The notes under the pieces were generated by a model, which was not told where the DNA came from, did not search any database, and saw only the letters and a program-made list of their open reading frames with translations. Positions 18,559 through 28,805 of a stretch of DNA of 45,600 nt are shown piece after piece (within the stretch, counting starts at the first letter, position 1; each line of letters begins with the position of its first letter). Location: contig HF988135.1 in NCBI GenBank assembly GCA_000434635.1, positions 26,448 to 72,047 of the forward strand, written 5' to 3'. A program made the translations under genes and the position numbers. The DNA is from Firmicutes bacterium CAG:110 (GTDB taxonomy: Bacteria > Bacillota > Clostridia > Oscillospirales > Oscillospiraceae).

Positions 18559-19721
18559 TGCACCCCGTCCCTTTCAAGCATGGCCAGAATTTTCCCGGCC
18601 TGCGTCACGTTGTTTTTTTCTTTTAAGATAAATTCACGGGCTTTCATGCCCTTCTCAAGCAGGGCATCAGCGGGCTGGGCAAAAATCTGCCCCAGTTTTT
18701 CCGCAATGGCGTCAGCGGTTTCTTCCTCCAACAGGTACACGTAGGGGTGATATTCCTTGGGCATCCCCGGCAGAACCGTGGTCAGCACCGGGGTTCCCGT
18801 GGACATATACTCCATGGTCTTGGATGGGAAGGAGTATTTCACGTATTCTTCCCCCGTCGGCCTGGGGTTGACCAGCAGCGTCGCCGCCATCTCCCGCTCC
18901 ACGATTTCCGCGTTCAGCAGCATTCCGCCGTAGAAAATCCGGGAATCCTCCGCGGCGATCTGGGAAAGCTCCTGCACATAATCCCCGGGGCCATAAATTT
19001 CCAGCCGGGCGTCCGGCAGATCTGCCTTCCGGAAGCCCTTCACCAGATTTTCAAGCCCATATTGCTTGCTGACGCCCCCGGCGTACATGCACACCCGCGG
19101 GCTGGTCTTTCGCGCCAGAGACGGCTCCTGCCGCTCCATGGCGATGTCGCTGTGCCCCTCCAGAATCACGTGGGGCTTGCCCTCCGGATTCAGATAGTCG
19201 TTCATGGCCTGCGTCAGCAGCACATAGTCCGTGCAGTGACGGATGACAAAATTGGAAAGCTTCTTGGAAAAGGCGCTGCCCCCCAGCATATCCGGCAAGT
19301 CCGTCACAATGCCCACGCACCGTCTTCCCCGCAGCTTCGCCGCCAGCAGACCGGCCAGCGCCGTCGTCCTGTTCAGGCAGTCCACCACCACCGCCGAATC
19401 CTTCCCCGCAAGGCGCGCAGTGCGGAAAAAGGTTCCCACGCCCACAAATACAGCCTTGACAATGGAATTCCGGACGGCGGGAATATAGCGGTAGCACGCG
19501 CCGCCCTCGGTCTCCCGGGGCAGACGGACAAAGGACTTTTTCAGAACCTCCCGGTTCACCGGCGGATTCGCCACCACGTCCACCTTTGCCCCGGCGGCAA
19601 GCCCTTCAATGAGCAGGCGGTGATATTTCTGGGACTGAAAGGCGGGCTTCTGAGGGGCGTCCGCAAACAGCTGACGGTACACCCGGTCGGAGCAGGTCGT
19701 CACAGCGTAAATGATGTGCAT
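18555..19721 (-). CDS. Family 4 glycosyltransferase
   Basis: YAGG, LVNPR and SFPSKTMEYMSTG motifs. Confidence 0.88.
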   Translation of the reverse strand: MHIIYAVTTCSDRVYRQLFADAPQKPAFQSQKYHRLLIEGLAAGAKVDVVANPPVNREVLKKSFVRLPRETEGGACYRYIPAVRNSIVKAVFVGVGTFFRTARLAGKDSAVVVDCLNRTTALAGLLAAKLRGRRCVGIVTDLPDMLGGSAFSKKLSNFVIRHCTDYVLLTQAMNDYLNPEGKPHVILEGHSDIAMERQEPSLARKTSPRVCMYAGGVSKQYGLENLVKGFRKADLPDARLEIYGPGDYVQELSQIAAEDSRIFYGGMLLNAEIVEREMAATLLVNPRPTGEEYVKYSFPSKTMEYMSTGTPVLTTVLPGMPKEYHPYVYLLEEETADAIAEKLGQIFAQPADALLEKGMKAREFILKEKNNVTQAGKILAMLERDGVQ

Positions 19722-19724
19722 GGG

Positions 19725-20831
19725 TTAACCCCCATCTTTTTCAAAAATTGCAACGTGGGCTTTCGCCATGTTTTCAATGGTATAGGCGCGGATTTTTTCC
19801 AGAGAAGCCGTCCCCATTTTCTCCAAGTCCGAGGACAGAATCTCCTTCATCTTCCCGGCAAGGGCAGCATCGTCCCCCACAGGCACGATACTCCCGTTGA
19901 CGCCCTCCTCCACCAGCTCCAGACCGGCAACGCACCGGTCGGTGGTGATGACGGGCAGGCCGTAGGCCATGGCCTCGTTGATGACCAGCCCCCAGATGTC
20001 CTCCCGGGTGGGCAGGACGAACAAGTCCGCCGCCCTGTAATACCGGCTGAGGGCTTCCTTCTTCTGGAACCCCACAAAATGGACATTATCCAGCCCCAGA
20101 GACGCGCGCATCTGCAAATAGTCTTCTGTCGGCTCGCCGCCGACAATGTAAATCCCCACGTCCTTGTCAAGCGAGCAGGCGGCGTGCATCAGGATGTCGA
20201 AGCCCTTTCTGTGGATAAACTGGCCGATGGCCAGTACCATTCGCTTTTCCGGGACGCCCAGTTCCTCTTTCAGCGCCTGCTTTTCATCGGCGGAGGGAAC
20301 GGCAGGGAGGATATCCTTCTCAAACACGGAGGAGAAGGGATAAAAATGAATGCGGCTTTCCTCCGCCCCATAGTGGACGAGGAATTCCGTGGTGTACCGT
20401 CCCGAACTGAGCCACTGATCCGCCTTGCGCACCAGCGACTTCTTGAACAGATACTTTATCTTCCGCTCCTGCCGGATCAGGCCGCCGTCCACTTCCATGT
20501 AGAAGGGAATTTTTCTTCTGCGCAGCCACCGCATTGCAAGAATCGCCGTGGGCGAGGAATAGCCGCATATCACAATGGCGTCGTAGGGCTTTTTCAGCCA
20601 TTCGATCACATCCAGACACAGGTTTTCGTCCAGAAAATGGCCGACGCACCGCTTCAGCTGCACCGGGCGGTAAGCGCCACCCCCGGGAACGAACCAGTCG
20701 GCGCTGCGGTTTTTCTGATCCTCCACCCGGTCGGTAAACAGCACCGTCACGTCCATGCTTTTTGCCAGCTCATCGTAAAAATGGACCCGGTAGGGGGAAG
20801 CGTAGTTCGTCAGGAACAGCACTCGTTTCAT
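19725..20831 (-). CDS. Family 4 glycosyltransferase
   Basis: TNYASPYR, GQFIHRKG and EDIWGLVINEAM motifs. Start revised to ATG 20831. Confidence 0.9.
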   Translation of the reverse strand: MKRVLFLTNYASPYRVHFYDELAKSMDVTVLFTDRVEDQKNRSADWFVPGGGAYRPVQLKRCVGHFLDENLCLDVIEWLKKPYDAIVICGYSSPTAILAMRWLRRRKIPFYMEVDGGLIRQERKIKYLFKKSLVRKADQWLSSGRYTTEFLVHYGAEESRIHFYPFSSVFEKDILPAVPSADEKQALKEELGVPEKRMVLAIGQFIHRKGFDILMHAACSLDKDVGIYIVGGEPTEDYLQMRASLGLDNVHFVGFQKKEALSRYYRAADLFVLPTREDIWGLVINEAMAYGLPVITTDRCVAGLELVEEGVNGSIVPVGDDAALAGKMKEILSSDLEKMGTASLEKIRAYTIENMAKAHVAIFEKDGG

Positions 20832-20851
20832 ACCGTTGTAACCTCTCAATG

Positions 20852-21667
20852 TCAATCGCCGAAATCGATCTGCACGATCTGATGGCGGTTTTCCCGCTGA
20901 TCTTCCGGCGGGAGCTGCATGTAGTCTCCGTACAGCGTGGTCAGAAACTTGTCGTACTCCGCCGGCGCTTTGAAGGTTTCTCCTTCAAAGGTCACGTCCG
21001 TCAGCGCCTGACACCACGCTTTCTCGTAGGCGTCCGGCTTCGTCATGGCGCTCTGCTCGCAGACATAGCCGTTTTCCGGCAGTGCCGTCGCAAGCGCGTC
21101 ATACGCTTTTGCAAGGCTTTCCTGATCGGCAAACAGCGCCCGCGCCTGATAGTATAGGTAGCCAATCCGCTTTTTCCAGAGGATTTTCTCATTCTCCCGC
21201 CAAGGCTGATAATGGGATTTCATCAGCTTTGTCCGGTAGATTTTCAGCAAACGCCCCGCCGTTTCCTGCCGTTCTCCTACATCCAGGGACACGGCGTCGT
21301 AGGGAAAAATGTCCACATAGAAGCCGTTTTCTTCTAATCTGTGGGACTTGGCCTCCAAGTACAGCGTGCCGCGCTTGCGCACCTTGCCGAAGGGCAGGGC
21401 GTAGTTGGGGTCTGTGTACCAGCTCTGCCAGCAGTATTCCGGTTTCAGTTTCTCCGGGGCGATGCGGCAGAATTTCTCATAATTCTCCCGCAGCATTCCC
21501 ACGTCCATGTCGTCGTCCCACGGAATGAACCCCTGATGGCGCACCGCGCCCAGAAGGGTGCCGCAGGTGAGAAAATAGGGAATGTCGTTTTCCTCGCACA
21601 CCCGGCGGATCTCCTTTGCAATTTCCAGCTGGGTCAGCTGTACCTTTCTCAGCAGTTCCCGTTCCAT
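20852..21667 (-). CDS. licD: LicD-family phosphotransferase (CDP-choline or CDP-alditol donor)
   Basis: GTLLGAVRHQGFIPWDDDMD, VDIFPYD and YGDYMQLPP motifs. Confidence 0.92.
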   Translation of the reverse strand: MERELLRKVQLTQLEIAKEIRRVCEENDIPYFLTCGTLLGAVRHQGFIPWDDDMDVGMLRENYEKFCRIAPEKLKPEYCWQSWYTDPNYALPFGKVRKRGTLYLEAKSHRLEENGFYVDIFPYDAVSLDVGERQETAGRLLKIYRTKLMKSHYQPWRENEKILWKKRIGYLYYQARALFADQESLAKAYDALATALPENGYVCEQSAMTKPDAYEKAWCQALTDVTFEGETFKAPAEYDKFLTTLYGDYMQLPPEDQRENRHQIVQIDFGD

Positions 21668-21671
21668 ATGG

Positions 21672-22901
21672 TTACCCCCTTTTCATAAGCCGTTCCACCA
21701 GCGCCATGACCGGGAACAGCCATAAAAACACGTCCGCAATCAGATTCTGTGTGTTAAAGGACATGAACAGAATGACCACCAGCGCCAGATTCACCCATAT
21801 CTTCCGCTCCTTCCGCCACACCAGCGCGACCCAGCAGGCAATGTGGAGCAGCGCCGCCGGAATGCCGAAGGCGGAGAAAAGAATCAGCGTAGAGGTGGTA
21901 TTGTTGGCGGTGGCATACAGCACCTCCGCTATCTTCGCACCGAAGATGGGATGGTGCAGGAAAATGGAAATGTCCGTCACAACAGCGTCCATCCGCTCCA
22001 CCGAGGAATCCTGCCCGTTGACAAATTTGCCGATGGCCATGTCGTAAACTTCCCAGTAGAGGACGTTTTTCCGGGCAATGGAAACGCCCGCTATCACGGC
22101 GACGCACAAAATCAGCCCGACCGCCACGGCACATACTCGCTTGTCCCGATACCATTTCTTGTCAAAAAACAGCACGATCGCCAGCAGTCCCATTTCCGCG
22201 ACGCCGCCGGTGGCAAACGTGGACACCATCGTCGCGGCCAGAATGCCGTTGACCAGCCAGAGCTGCCACGGCCTTTTCCACTCGACCTCGTAATTGTTCA
22301 GATACAGCGCCGTAATCAGGAAAAACTGATAAACCCCCGGCTCCCGGAAAATGCCGAAATTCCGATTTTTGACATACGTATCCGGGACAATGGACAAAAA
22401 GAAATTGTGAAATTCAAAGCCCATGGAATTCCGGAACACCGGCACCGCGTAAGCACCCCTATCCACGCCGATACGCAGGATGTACGCCGCCAGCACGGAA
22501 TACGCCCCCAGCACAGACAGAATCGCCACGTAATATTTGGCCGCATCCCGCAACGTAAGGAAATAAGACAAAAACACCGCCGTGAGCAGGCACAGCAGAA
22601 CACTGAAATACATCAGCTGCCAGTCCCGCTTCACCAGCATGGGCAGCAGAAGCACCGCCGCCGCGATTCCGGCGACAATCATCCTCCGGTCTTTCAGAAT
22701 TTGGAACAGATTTCTCCGGTTGGTGATCAGGAAGGCCGCGCCCAGCAGGCAGATCACGCCCAGCATGAGAAACTGCGCCTTTTCAAAGCCGATCACCGCC
22801 GTGGTGAACATGCTGTCCCGCGCCAGAAAAAGCATGGCCGTGAAAAACGCGGCGAAGGCAATTTTTGTCCCACGGCTGTCCGGGAAGGGATAATGGGTCA
22901 T
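21672..22901 (-). CDS. Polytopic membrane protein, probable Wzy polymerase or O-antigen-ligase family
   Basis: About 11-12 hydrophobic segments with RNFGIFREPG, STFATGG, SSVER and HPIFG. Start revised to 22901 (ATGA overlap). Confidence 0.78.
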   Translation of the reverse strand: MTHYPFPDSRGTKIAFAAFFTAMLFLARDSMFTTAVIGFEKAQFLMLGVICLLGAAFLITNRRNLFQILKDRRMIVAGIAAAVLLLPMLVKRDWQLMYFSVLLCLLTAVFLSYFLTLRDAAKYYVAILSVLGAYSVLAAYILRIGVDRGAYAVPVFRNSMGFEFHNFFLSIVPDTYVKNRNFGIFREPGVYQFFLITALYLNNYEVEWKRPWQLWLVNGILAATMVSTFATGGVAEMGLLAIVLFFDKKWYRDKRVCAVAVGLILCVAVIAGVSIARKNVLYWEVYDMAIGKFVNGQDSSVERMDAVVTDISIFLHHPIFGAKIAEVLYATANNTTSTLILFSAFGIPAALLHIACWVALVWRKERKIWVNLALVVILFMSFNTQNLIADVFLWLFPVMALVERLMKRG

Positions 22902-24007
22902 TTGCGATTCTCCTTTGTGATCTGTTCCACGGCTTCCAGCAGATGCGCCGTGCCCCTTGGTACGGCGACGCCCCCGAACTGGCTGACGACCTCCTCGCAG
23001 GCAGTCCCCTGATAAACCACAGCCTCCGTGCCGCAGCACCGGGCTTCCAGCACGGTCATGCCGAAGGTCTCCTCCGTGCTGGGGTTGAGAAATACGTCGG
23101 CGGCGGTGTAAGCCTGCGCCAGTTCCTGAACACTGTTGGTACGGGGCAGCCCCAGAATTCCCGCCGGGAGGGACTGAATCTGCTTTGCGCTCAAGCCGAT
23201 CAGCACGATAGCATATTTATCGTCCAGCAGGTCGTGAAGCGCCAGAAAGTCCCGCAGTCCCTTGCGCTCGTCCCAGACGCTGGCAACGCCCAGCAGGATG
23301 ATTTTATTTTCCAAACCGTACTTTTCCCGGAAATTGCCGGGAGTGGGCTTGAAGATTTCCCGGTTCACCGTGTTGTATACCACTTTCACCGGGTAGTCCC
23401 TCAGAAAGCTCTCCTTTACCCGGCTTTCCAGCCAGTGGGAGGGGACGATGAGGGTCACATTGGGAATGCCCGTAAACAGTTCCCGCTTTTTTTCGTAATT
23501 TTTCCGGCTGTTGTCCAAAAGAATGCTGGCAGGATAAGCGCGTTTCTGTGGGCAGTCGTGGCAGCCGGTTTTCCAGCGGTCACAGCCCACATAGTCAAAA
23601 TAGGCACAGTGACCCGTGAAGCTCCAGCAGTCGTGAAGCGTCCAGAAAATGGTCTTCCCGCAGCCGCGCAGGTAAGGAAACAGCTCTCCCAAGTGAATGT
23701 AATAGCCGTGAACATTGTGCAGCCAGATCACGTCCGGGTCGTATTCCCTGACCCAATCCAGAAACCGCCGGGTCGCCCGCCGGGAGCCGAAGCCGGAATC
23801 GTCCAGCAGACGGCTTTCCGCCCCGTGGAGCCTATAGTCCATGGGCGTACCGATGCGCACCGTGGGAATATCGCTGCAATTTGCCTCTTCACGGCCAAAG
23901 GCGAGCACGCACTCATGCCCCTGCGCCATCAGCCCACGGCACTGCTCCGCCGCGATGCGCCCCGTGCTGCCAAAGCCGGCAACGGAGTTGATGAACAGGT
24001 ATTTCAT
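22898..24007 (-). CDS. Family 4 glycosyltransferase (WcaC-like)
   Basis: GSTGRI, LHNVHGYY, WTLHDCWSFTGHC and EETFGMTVLEA motifs. Confidence 0.9.
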   Translation of the reverse strand: MKYLFINSVAGFGSTGRIAAEQCRGLMAQGHECVLAFGREEANCSDIPTVRIGTPMDYRLHGAESRLLDDSGFGSRRATRRFLDWVREYDPDVIWLHNVHGYYIHLGELFPYLRGCGKTIFWTLHDCWSFTGHCAYFDYVGCDRWKTGCHDCPQKRAYPASILLDNSRKNYEKKRELFTGIPNVTLIVPSHWLESRVKESFLRDYPVKVVYNTVNREIFKPTPGNFREKYGLENKIILLGVASVWDERKGLRDFLALHDLLDDKYAIVLIGLSAKQIQSLPAGILGLPRTNSVQELAQAYTAADVFLNPSTEETFGMTVLEARCCGTEAVVYQGTACEEVVSQFGGVAVPRGTAHLLEAVEQITKENRK

Positions 24008-24092
24008 GCGTCTCGCCTCCCGATGTTGTGAAATTTTCCGGCTGTTTCATCATATCCAGAAAAAACAGCGCAATTTGTCGGCGTCTGGCTTC

Positions 24093-25277
24093 TTACGACT
24101 TTCTCCAGACCATTTTGTCCACCACGCCGGTGTAGGACTGGATGATCTTGACCACCTTGGTGGATACGTTTTCCTCCACATAGTCCGGCACGGGGATCCC
24201 CAGATCGCCGTCGCGGTTCATCTGAACGGCGGTGTCCACCGCTTGCAGAAGATTCTTTTCGTCAATGCCCGCCAGAATGAAGCAGCCCTTGTCCAGCGCT
24301 TCCGGGCGCTCCGTGGACGTGCGGATGCACACCGCCGGGAACGGATGTCCCACGGAGGTGAAGAAGCTGGATTCCTCCGGCAGCGTCCCGGAATCGGACA
24401 CCACCGCGAAGGCGTTCATTTGCAGGCAGTTGTAATCGTGGAAGCCCAGCGGCTCGTGCTGAATCACCCGGCTGTCCAGTATGAAGCCCGTGGCCTCCAG
24501 CCGCTTTTTGGAGCGGGGGTGGCAGGAATACAGAATGGGCATATCGTACTTTTCCGCCATGGCGTTGACGGCGCGGAACAGAGACAGGAAATTCTTCTCC
24601 GTGTCGATGTTTTCCTCCCGGTGGGCAGACAGCAGAATGTACTCTCCCTTGGTCAGTCCCAGCCGCTGGTGGATGTCGGAAGCCTCGATGGCGTTTAAGT
24701 TGGCGTGGAGCACCTCCGCCATGGGGGAGCCGGTAACGTAGGTGCGCTCCTTGGGCAGACCGCACTCATGGAGGTATCGTCTCGCGTGTTCGGAATAGGC
24801 CAGATTCACGTCGGAGATGATGTCCACAATCCGGCGGTTGGTCTCCTCCGGCAGGCACTCGTCCTTGCAGCGGTTTCCCGCCTCCATGTGGAAAATGGGA
24901 ATATGCAGCCGCTTGGCCGCAATGGCGGACAGGCAGGAATTGGTGTCCCCCAGAATCAGCATGGCGTCCGGCTGAATGGCCGTCATCAGCTTGTAGGAGC
25001 AGTTGATGATGTTGCCCACGGTGGCGCCCAGGTCGTCCCCCACCGCGTTCATATACACATCCGGGTCGGCAAGTCCCAAATCCCGGAAGAAGATTCCGTT
25101 CAGATTGTAGTCGTAATTCTGCCCCGTGTGGGCGAGAATGCAGTCAAAATATTTGCGGCACTTGTTGATGACCGCCGCCAGACGGATGATCTCCGGGCGG
25201 GTGCCTACGATGATGAGCAGCTTTAATTTTCCGTCATTGCGGAACGCCACGTCGGAATAGTCCAGCTTCATTTCCAT
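24093..25277 (-). CDS. fnlC: UDP-N-acetyl-sugar 2-epimerase (FnlC/WbjD/Cap5G)
   Basis: VGTRPEIIRL, HTGQNYD, LGDTNS, HMEAGNR, HREEN and SDSGTLPEE motifs; follows fnlAB. Start revised to 25277. Confidence 0.9.
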   Translation of the reverse strand: MEMKLDYSDVAFRNDGKLKLLIIVGTRPEIIRLAAVINKCRKYFDCILAHTGQNYDYNLNGIFFRDLGLADPDVYMNAVGDDLGATVGNIINCSYKLMTAIQPDAMLILGDTNSCLSAIAAKRLHIPIFHMEAGNRCKDECLPEETNRRIVDIISDVNLAYSEHARRYLHECGLPKERTYVTGSPMAEVLHANLNAIEASDIHQRLGLTKGEYILLSAHREENIDTEKNFLSLFRAVNAMAEKYDMPILYSCHPRSKKRLEATGFILDSRVIQHEPLGFHDYNCLQMNAFAVVSDSGTLPEESSFFTSVGHPFPAVCIRTSTERPEALDKGCFILAGIDEKNLLQAVDTAVQMNRDGDLGIPVPDYVEENVSTKVVKIIQSYTGVVDKMVWRKS

Positions 25278-25278
25278 G

Positions 25279-26478
25279 TCAAACCACCTCAAAGAATGTA
25301 TCCGGCTTTTTCGGGTCAAAGCACTCGTTTGCCCACATGAGCGTCACAAGATCGTCCGTTTCGCTCAGGTTGATAATGTTGTGGGTATAGCCCGGCAGCA
25401 TGTGGACGGCTTCGATTTTCTCTCCGGAAACTTCAAAATTCAGCACTTCCCCGGTGCCGACCTTCCGCTGCTGGATCAGGCCGTGACCGGATACTACGAT
25501 GAAAAATTCCCACTTGGTGTTGTGCCAGTGCTGTCCCTTGGTCACGCCGGGACGGCTGATGTTCACGCTGAACTGGCCGCAGCTCGCCGTTTTCAGCAGC
25601 TCCGTGAAGCTGCCCCGGGCGTCAACGTTCATTTTCAGGGGGAACGCCGCCTTTTCCCTGGGCAGATAGGAAAGATACGTAGAATACAGCTTTTTCGCGA
25701 AGCTGCCTGCCGGAATTTCCGGCATCAGCAGGGTTTCCGGCTGCGCCTTGAAGCTGTCCAGCAGCGCTACGATCTGCCCCAGAGTCGCCCGGTGGGTGAC
25801 GGGCGCGGCGCAGTAGCGCCCGGACGCCGTCAGAACCGTGTTCACACCGTCAAACTCGCAGTGATGCTCTCTGCCCTCCAGCGCTGCGATCATCTCGTCC
25901 ACCAGATCGTCGATGTACAGCAGCTCCAGCTCCACGCCGGGGTCGTTCACCGTGATGGGCAGGTCATGGGCATAGTTGTGGCAGAAGGTGGCTACGGCGG
26001 AATTGTAGTTGGGACGGCACCATTTTCCGAACAGGTTGGGGAAGCGGTACACCAGCACTTTCGCCCCGGTTTCGGCGGCATAGGAGAAAAACAGCTCCTC
26101 CCCCGCTTTTTTGCTCCTGCCGTACTCACTGCCCGCATAGCGCCCCACCATGGTCGCCTGAATGGAGGACGACAGCATTACGGGGCAGGTGTTATGGTAT
26201 TTTTTCAGCGTGTCCAGCAGCGTGGAAGCAAAGCCGAAATTTCCCTGCATGAACTCTTCCTGATTCTTCGGGCGGTTGACGCCGGCAAGATTGAACACGA
26301 AGTCCGCCTTCCGGCAGGCCGTTTCCAGCAGCGCCGGGTCGGAGTCGATGTCGTAGAGGTACAGCTCCCCCACCGTAAGTCCCGGATGGGTCTTGTCACG
26401 GCCGTCCCGGATGCACTCCAGCGCCGCCGTCAGGTTTTTGCCCACAAATCCGGCCGCACCGGTAATCAGAATGTTCAT
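25279..26478 (-). CDS. fnlB: Bifunctional reductase/epimerase with C-terminal cupin (FnlB/WbjC/CapF)
   Basis: TGAAGFVG, LAGVNRP, YGRSK, NLFGKWCRPNYNS and KGQHWHNTKWE motifs. Confidence 0.92.
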   Translation of the reverse strand: MNILITGAAGFVGKNLTAALECIRDGRDKTHPGLTVGELYLYDIDSDPALLETACRKADFVFNLAGVNRPKNQEEFMQGNFGFASTLLDTLKKYHNTCPVMLSSSIQATMVGRYAGSEYGRSKKAGEELFFSYAAETGAKVLVYRFPNLFGKWCRPNYNSAVATFCHNYAHDLPITVNDPGVELELLYIDDLVDEMIAALEGREHHCEFDGVNTVLTASGRYCAAPVTHRATLGQIVALLDSFKAQPETLLMPEIPAGSFAKKLYSTYLSYLPREKAAFPLKMNVDARGSFTELLKTASCGQFSVNISRPGVTKGQHWHNTKWEFFIVVSGHGLIQQRKVGTGEVLNFEVSGEKIEAVHMLPGYTHNIINLSETDDLVTLMWANECFDPKKPDTFFEVV

Positions 26479-26495
26479 GCCAGCTCACCCTTCCG

Positions 26496-27542
26496 TTATT
26501 TATTCTTCATGGCTTCCAGTTCTTCCCGGATGTAGCTCAGGCTCAGCAGCTTCTGCTGCACCTGCTCCACGTTCAGCAGCTCCGTGTTGTTGCTGTTGAA
26601 CTCCGTGAGGACGTTGCGCTGGGTGTCGCCGTCCTTGAAATATTTGTCGTAGTTTAAGTCCCGCTTGTCGCAGGGGACGCGGTAGAAATTGCCCAGATCG
26701 ATAGCGTGGGCACATTCCTCATTGGTCAGCAGTGTCTCGTACATCTTTTCGCCGTGGCGGATGCCGATGACCTTGATCTCGTGGCCGGGGGCAAACAGGC
26801 CGGTGACGGCTTTTGCCAGTGTCTCAATGGTGCACGCCGGGGCTTTCTGCACCAGAATGTCCCCGCTGACGCCGTTCTGGAAAGCGAACAGCACCAAGTC
26901 CACCGCTTCCTCCAGAGACATGATGAACCGGGTCATGTTCGGCTCGGTGATGGTGATGGGGTTGCCCGCCTTGATCTGATCGATCCACAGCGGAATGACG
27001 CTGCCCCGGGAACACATGACGTTTCCGTAGCGGGTGCAGCAGATTTTGGTCTTTTCCGGAGAAACCGTCCGGGATTTGGCGACAATGACCTTCTCCATCA
27101 TGGCCTTGGAGGTACCCATGGCGTTGACGGGATAGGCGGCCTTGTCCGTGGACAGGCAGATGACGGCCTTGACCCCTGCGTCAATGGCGGCGGTCAGCAC
27201 GTTGTCGGTTCCGAACACGTTGGTTTTCACCGCCTCCATGGGGAAAAACTCACAGGACGGCACCTGTTTGAGGGCGGCGGCATGAAAGATGTAATCTACG
27301 CCGTGCATGGCGTTCTTCACGGAAGCGAGATCCCGGACATCGCCGATGAAGAATTTGATCTTCCCAGCCGCTTCCGGCATTTTCGCCTGAAACTCATGGC
27401 GCATGTCGTCCTGTTTCTTCTCGTCCCGTGAGAAAATCCGGATTTCCCGGATATCCGTGTCCAGGAAGCGGTTCAGCACCGCGTTTCCGAAGGAACCGGT
27501 ACCGCCGGTGATCATCAGCGTTTTGTTGGCAAAAATACTCAT
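26496..27542 (-). CDS. fnlA: UDP-GlcNAc 4,6-dehydratase/5-epimerase (FnlA/WbjB/CapE)
   Basis: TGGTGSFG, FSRDEKKQDDMR, HAAALKQVPSCEFFP and LSTDKAAYP motifs. Confidence 0.93.
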   Translation of the reverse strand: MSIFANKTLMITGGTGSFGNAVLNRFLDTDIREIRIFSRDEKKQDDMRHEFQAKMPEAAGKIKFFIGDVRDLASVKNAMHGVDYIFHAAALKQVPSCEFFPMEAVKTNVFGTDNVLTAAIDAGVKAVICLSTDKAAYPVNAMGTSKAMMEKVIVAKSRTVSPEKTKICCTRYGNVMCSRGSVIPLWIDQIKAGNPITITEPNMTRFIMSLEEAVDLVLFAFQNGVSGDILVQKAPACTIETLAKAVTGLFAPGHEIKVIGIRHGEKMYETLLTNEECAHAIDLGNFYRVPCDKRDLNYDKYFKDGDTQRNVLTEFNSNNTELLNVEQVQQKLLSLSYIREELEAMKNK

Positions 27543-28777
27543 AATTCATTCTCCTCCCCTGTTTCCGGGTGTAAAAGTTCCCGGAAAAGAGATACATATT
27601 TTCCCGTGCAAATTTCGGTGGTGTACTTTTGCAGATACAGCTCCCGGCATTTTCTGCGCATGTCCCGGGCTTCCTCCGGGTTGTCCCGCAGGAAACGGAT
27701 GGCCTTGGCTAATCGCTCGCTTTCGCCGTTGCGCACCCAGAGCCCCGCGCCGGACTGGATATCCCGGACGATGTCGCACTCGTCCATGATGGCGAGCAGG
27801 GGGGTGCCCTGCATCATATAGCTGTAGGTCTTGCTGGGGACGCAAAGCCCCGTCGCACCCTTTTCCAGAGAAATCAGTGCGCAGTCGCTCACCGCCAGCG
27901 CGTCCTGAAAGTCCTGACCATGAAGGAAGCTGTGAATCCGGACATTCTCAATGCTCTCCTGAGCGATGATCTCTCGCAGCTTCTCCATTTTATTGCCGTG
28001 TCCGGCAAAGAGGAAGAAAACGTCCTTCTCCTCCCGCAGCGCCCGGATAGCGCCCAGAATGGTGTCCATGTCCTGCATGGTTCCCATATTGCCGAAATAG
28101 GACACCACGAAGCGCCCCGCCGTCAACTCCCGGAACCGGTTTTCCTCCCGGTCGCGCAGGCCACCCTCGTCCCGGTACCAGTTGGGAATCACCGTCACAA
28201 GTTCGTCAACGGCGTTCCGGGTGCGGAGAATGCAGTTCTTCTGCTCCGACGACAGCGCCACCACCCGGTCTGCCCGGCGGAACACACATTTGTTGATGTG
28301 GTTCATCAGCCTGCAGATCACGCTGCCTTCCCGGAGGGTGTTCGTCACCGTGGCCACCTCGGGATAGAGGTCGTAGGACACGAACACCAGCTTCGTACCG
28401 AACAGCGATTTTGCCCAAGAAGCAATCCACGGCAGAATCGGCGGGTTGGAGTACACCACCACCGCCCGGTATTTGCCGATCTCCGGCAGGTGCAGCAGCA
28501 CATGAAACGTAAAGGAAAAATAGTTGACGATCCGGCCAAGAAATCCCGCCCGGCCCGTCTGGATGTATTTCAGGCGGTGAATGTGGATGCCGTCCGCATC
28601 CTCCTTCGTGGGGACCTTCCCGCCCTCGGCGTATTCCCGTGGGTAGCCGCACAGCGCGCCCACGGAGAACCCGGCGTCCCGAAGCGCCAGCACCGTGTCA
28701 TAGGGCAGCTGGGCGGAGGAAATATATTCGGGATAGAAAAACTGGCACAAAAACAGGATATCCCGCTTCTTTTTCAA
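27539..28777 (-). CDS. Family 4 glycosyltransferase, WbuB-like (probable L-FucNAc transferase)
   Basis: QFFYPE, DLYPE, GNMGTMQ and VPSKTYSYM motifs; TTG start; directly upstream of fnlABC. Confidence 0.85.
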   Translation of the reverse strand: MKKKRDILFLCQFFYPEYISSAQLPYDTVLALRDAGFSVGALCGYPREYAEGGKVPTKEDADGIHIHRLKYIQTGRAGFLGRIVNYFSFTFHVLLHLPEIGKYRAVVVYSNPPILPWIASWAKSLFGTKLVFVSYDLYPEVATVTNTLREGSVICRLMNHINKCVFRRADRVVALSSEQKNCILRTRNAVDELVTVIPNWYRDEGGLRDREENRFRELTAGRFVVSYFGNMGTMQDMDTILGAIRALREEKDVFFLFAGHGNKMEKLREIIAQESIENVRIHSFLHGQDFQDALAVSDCALISLEKGATGLCVPSKTYSYMMQGTPLLAIMDECDIVRDIQSGAGLWVRNGESERLAKAIRFLRDNPEEARDMRRKCRELYLQKYTTEICTGKYVSLFRELLHPETGEENEL

Positions 28778-28805
28778 GCAACCGCCCTCTTTCGCTTCCT
28801 AAAAA

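Noticed and set aside
17083..20882. Long plus-strand ORFs of 553 and 711 aa
   Set aside because: They are antisense shadows of well-supported GT genes and have no recognisable motifs; such shadows are common in GC-rich coding DNA.
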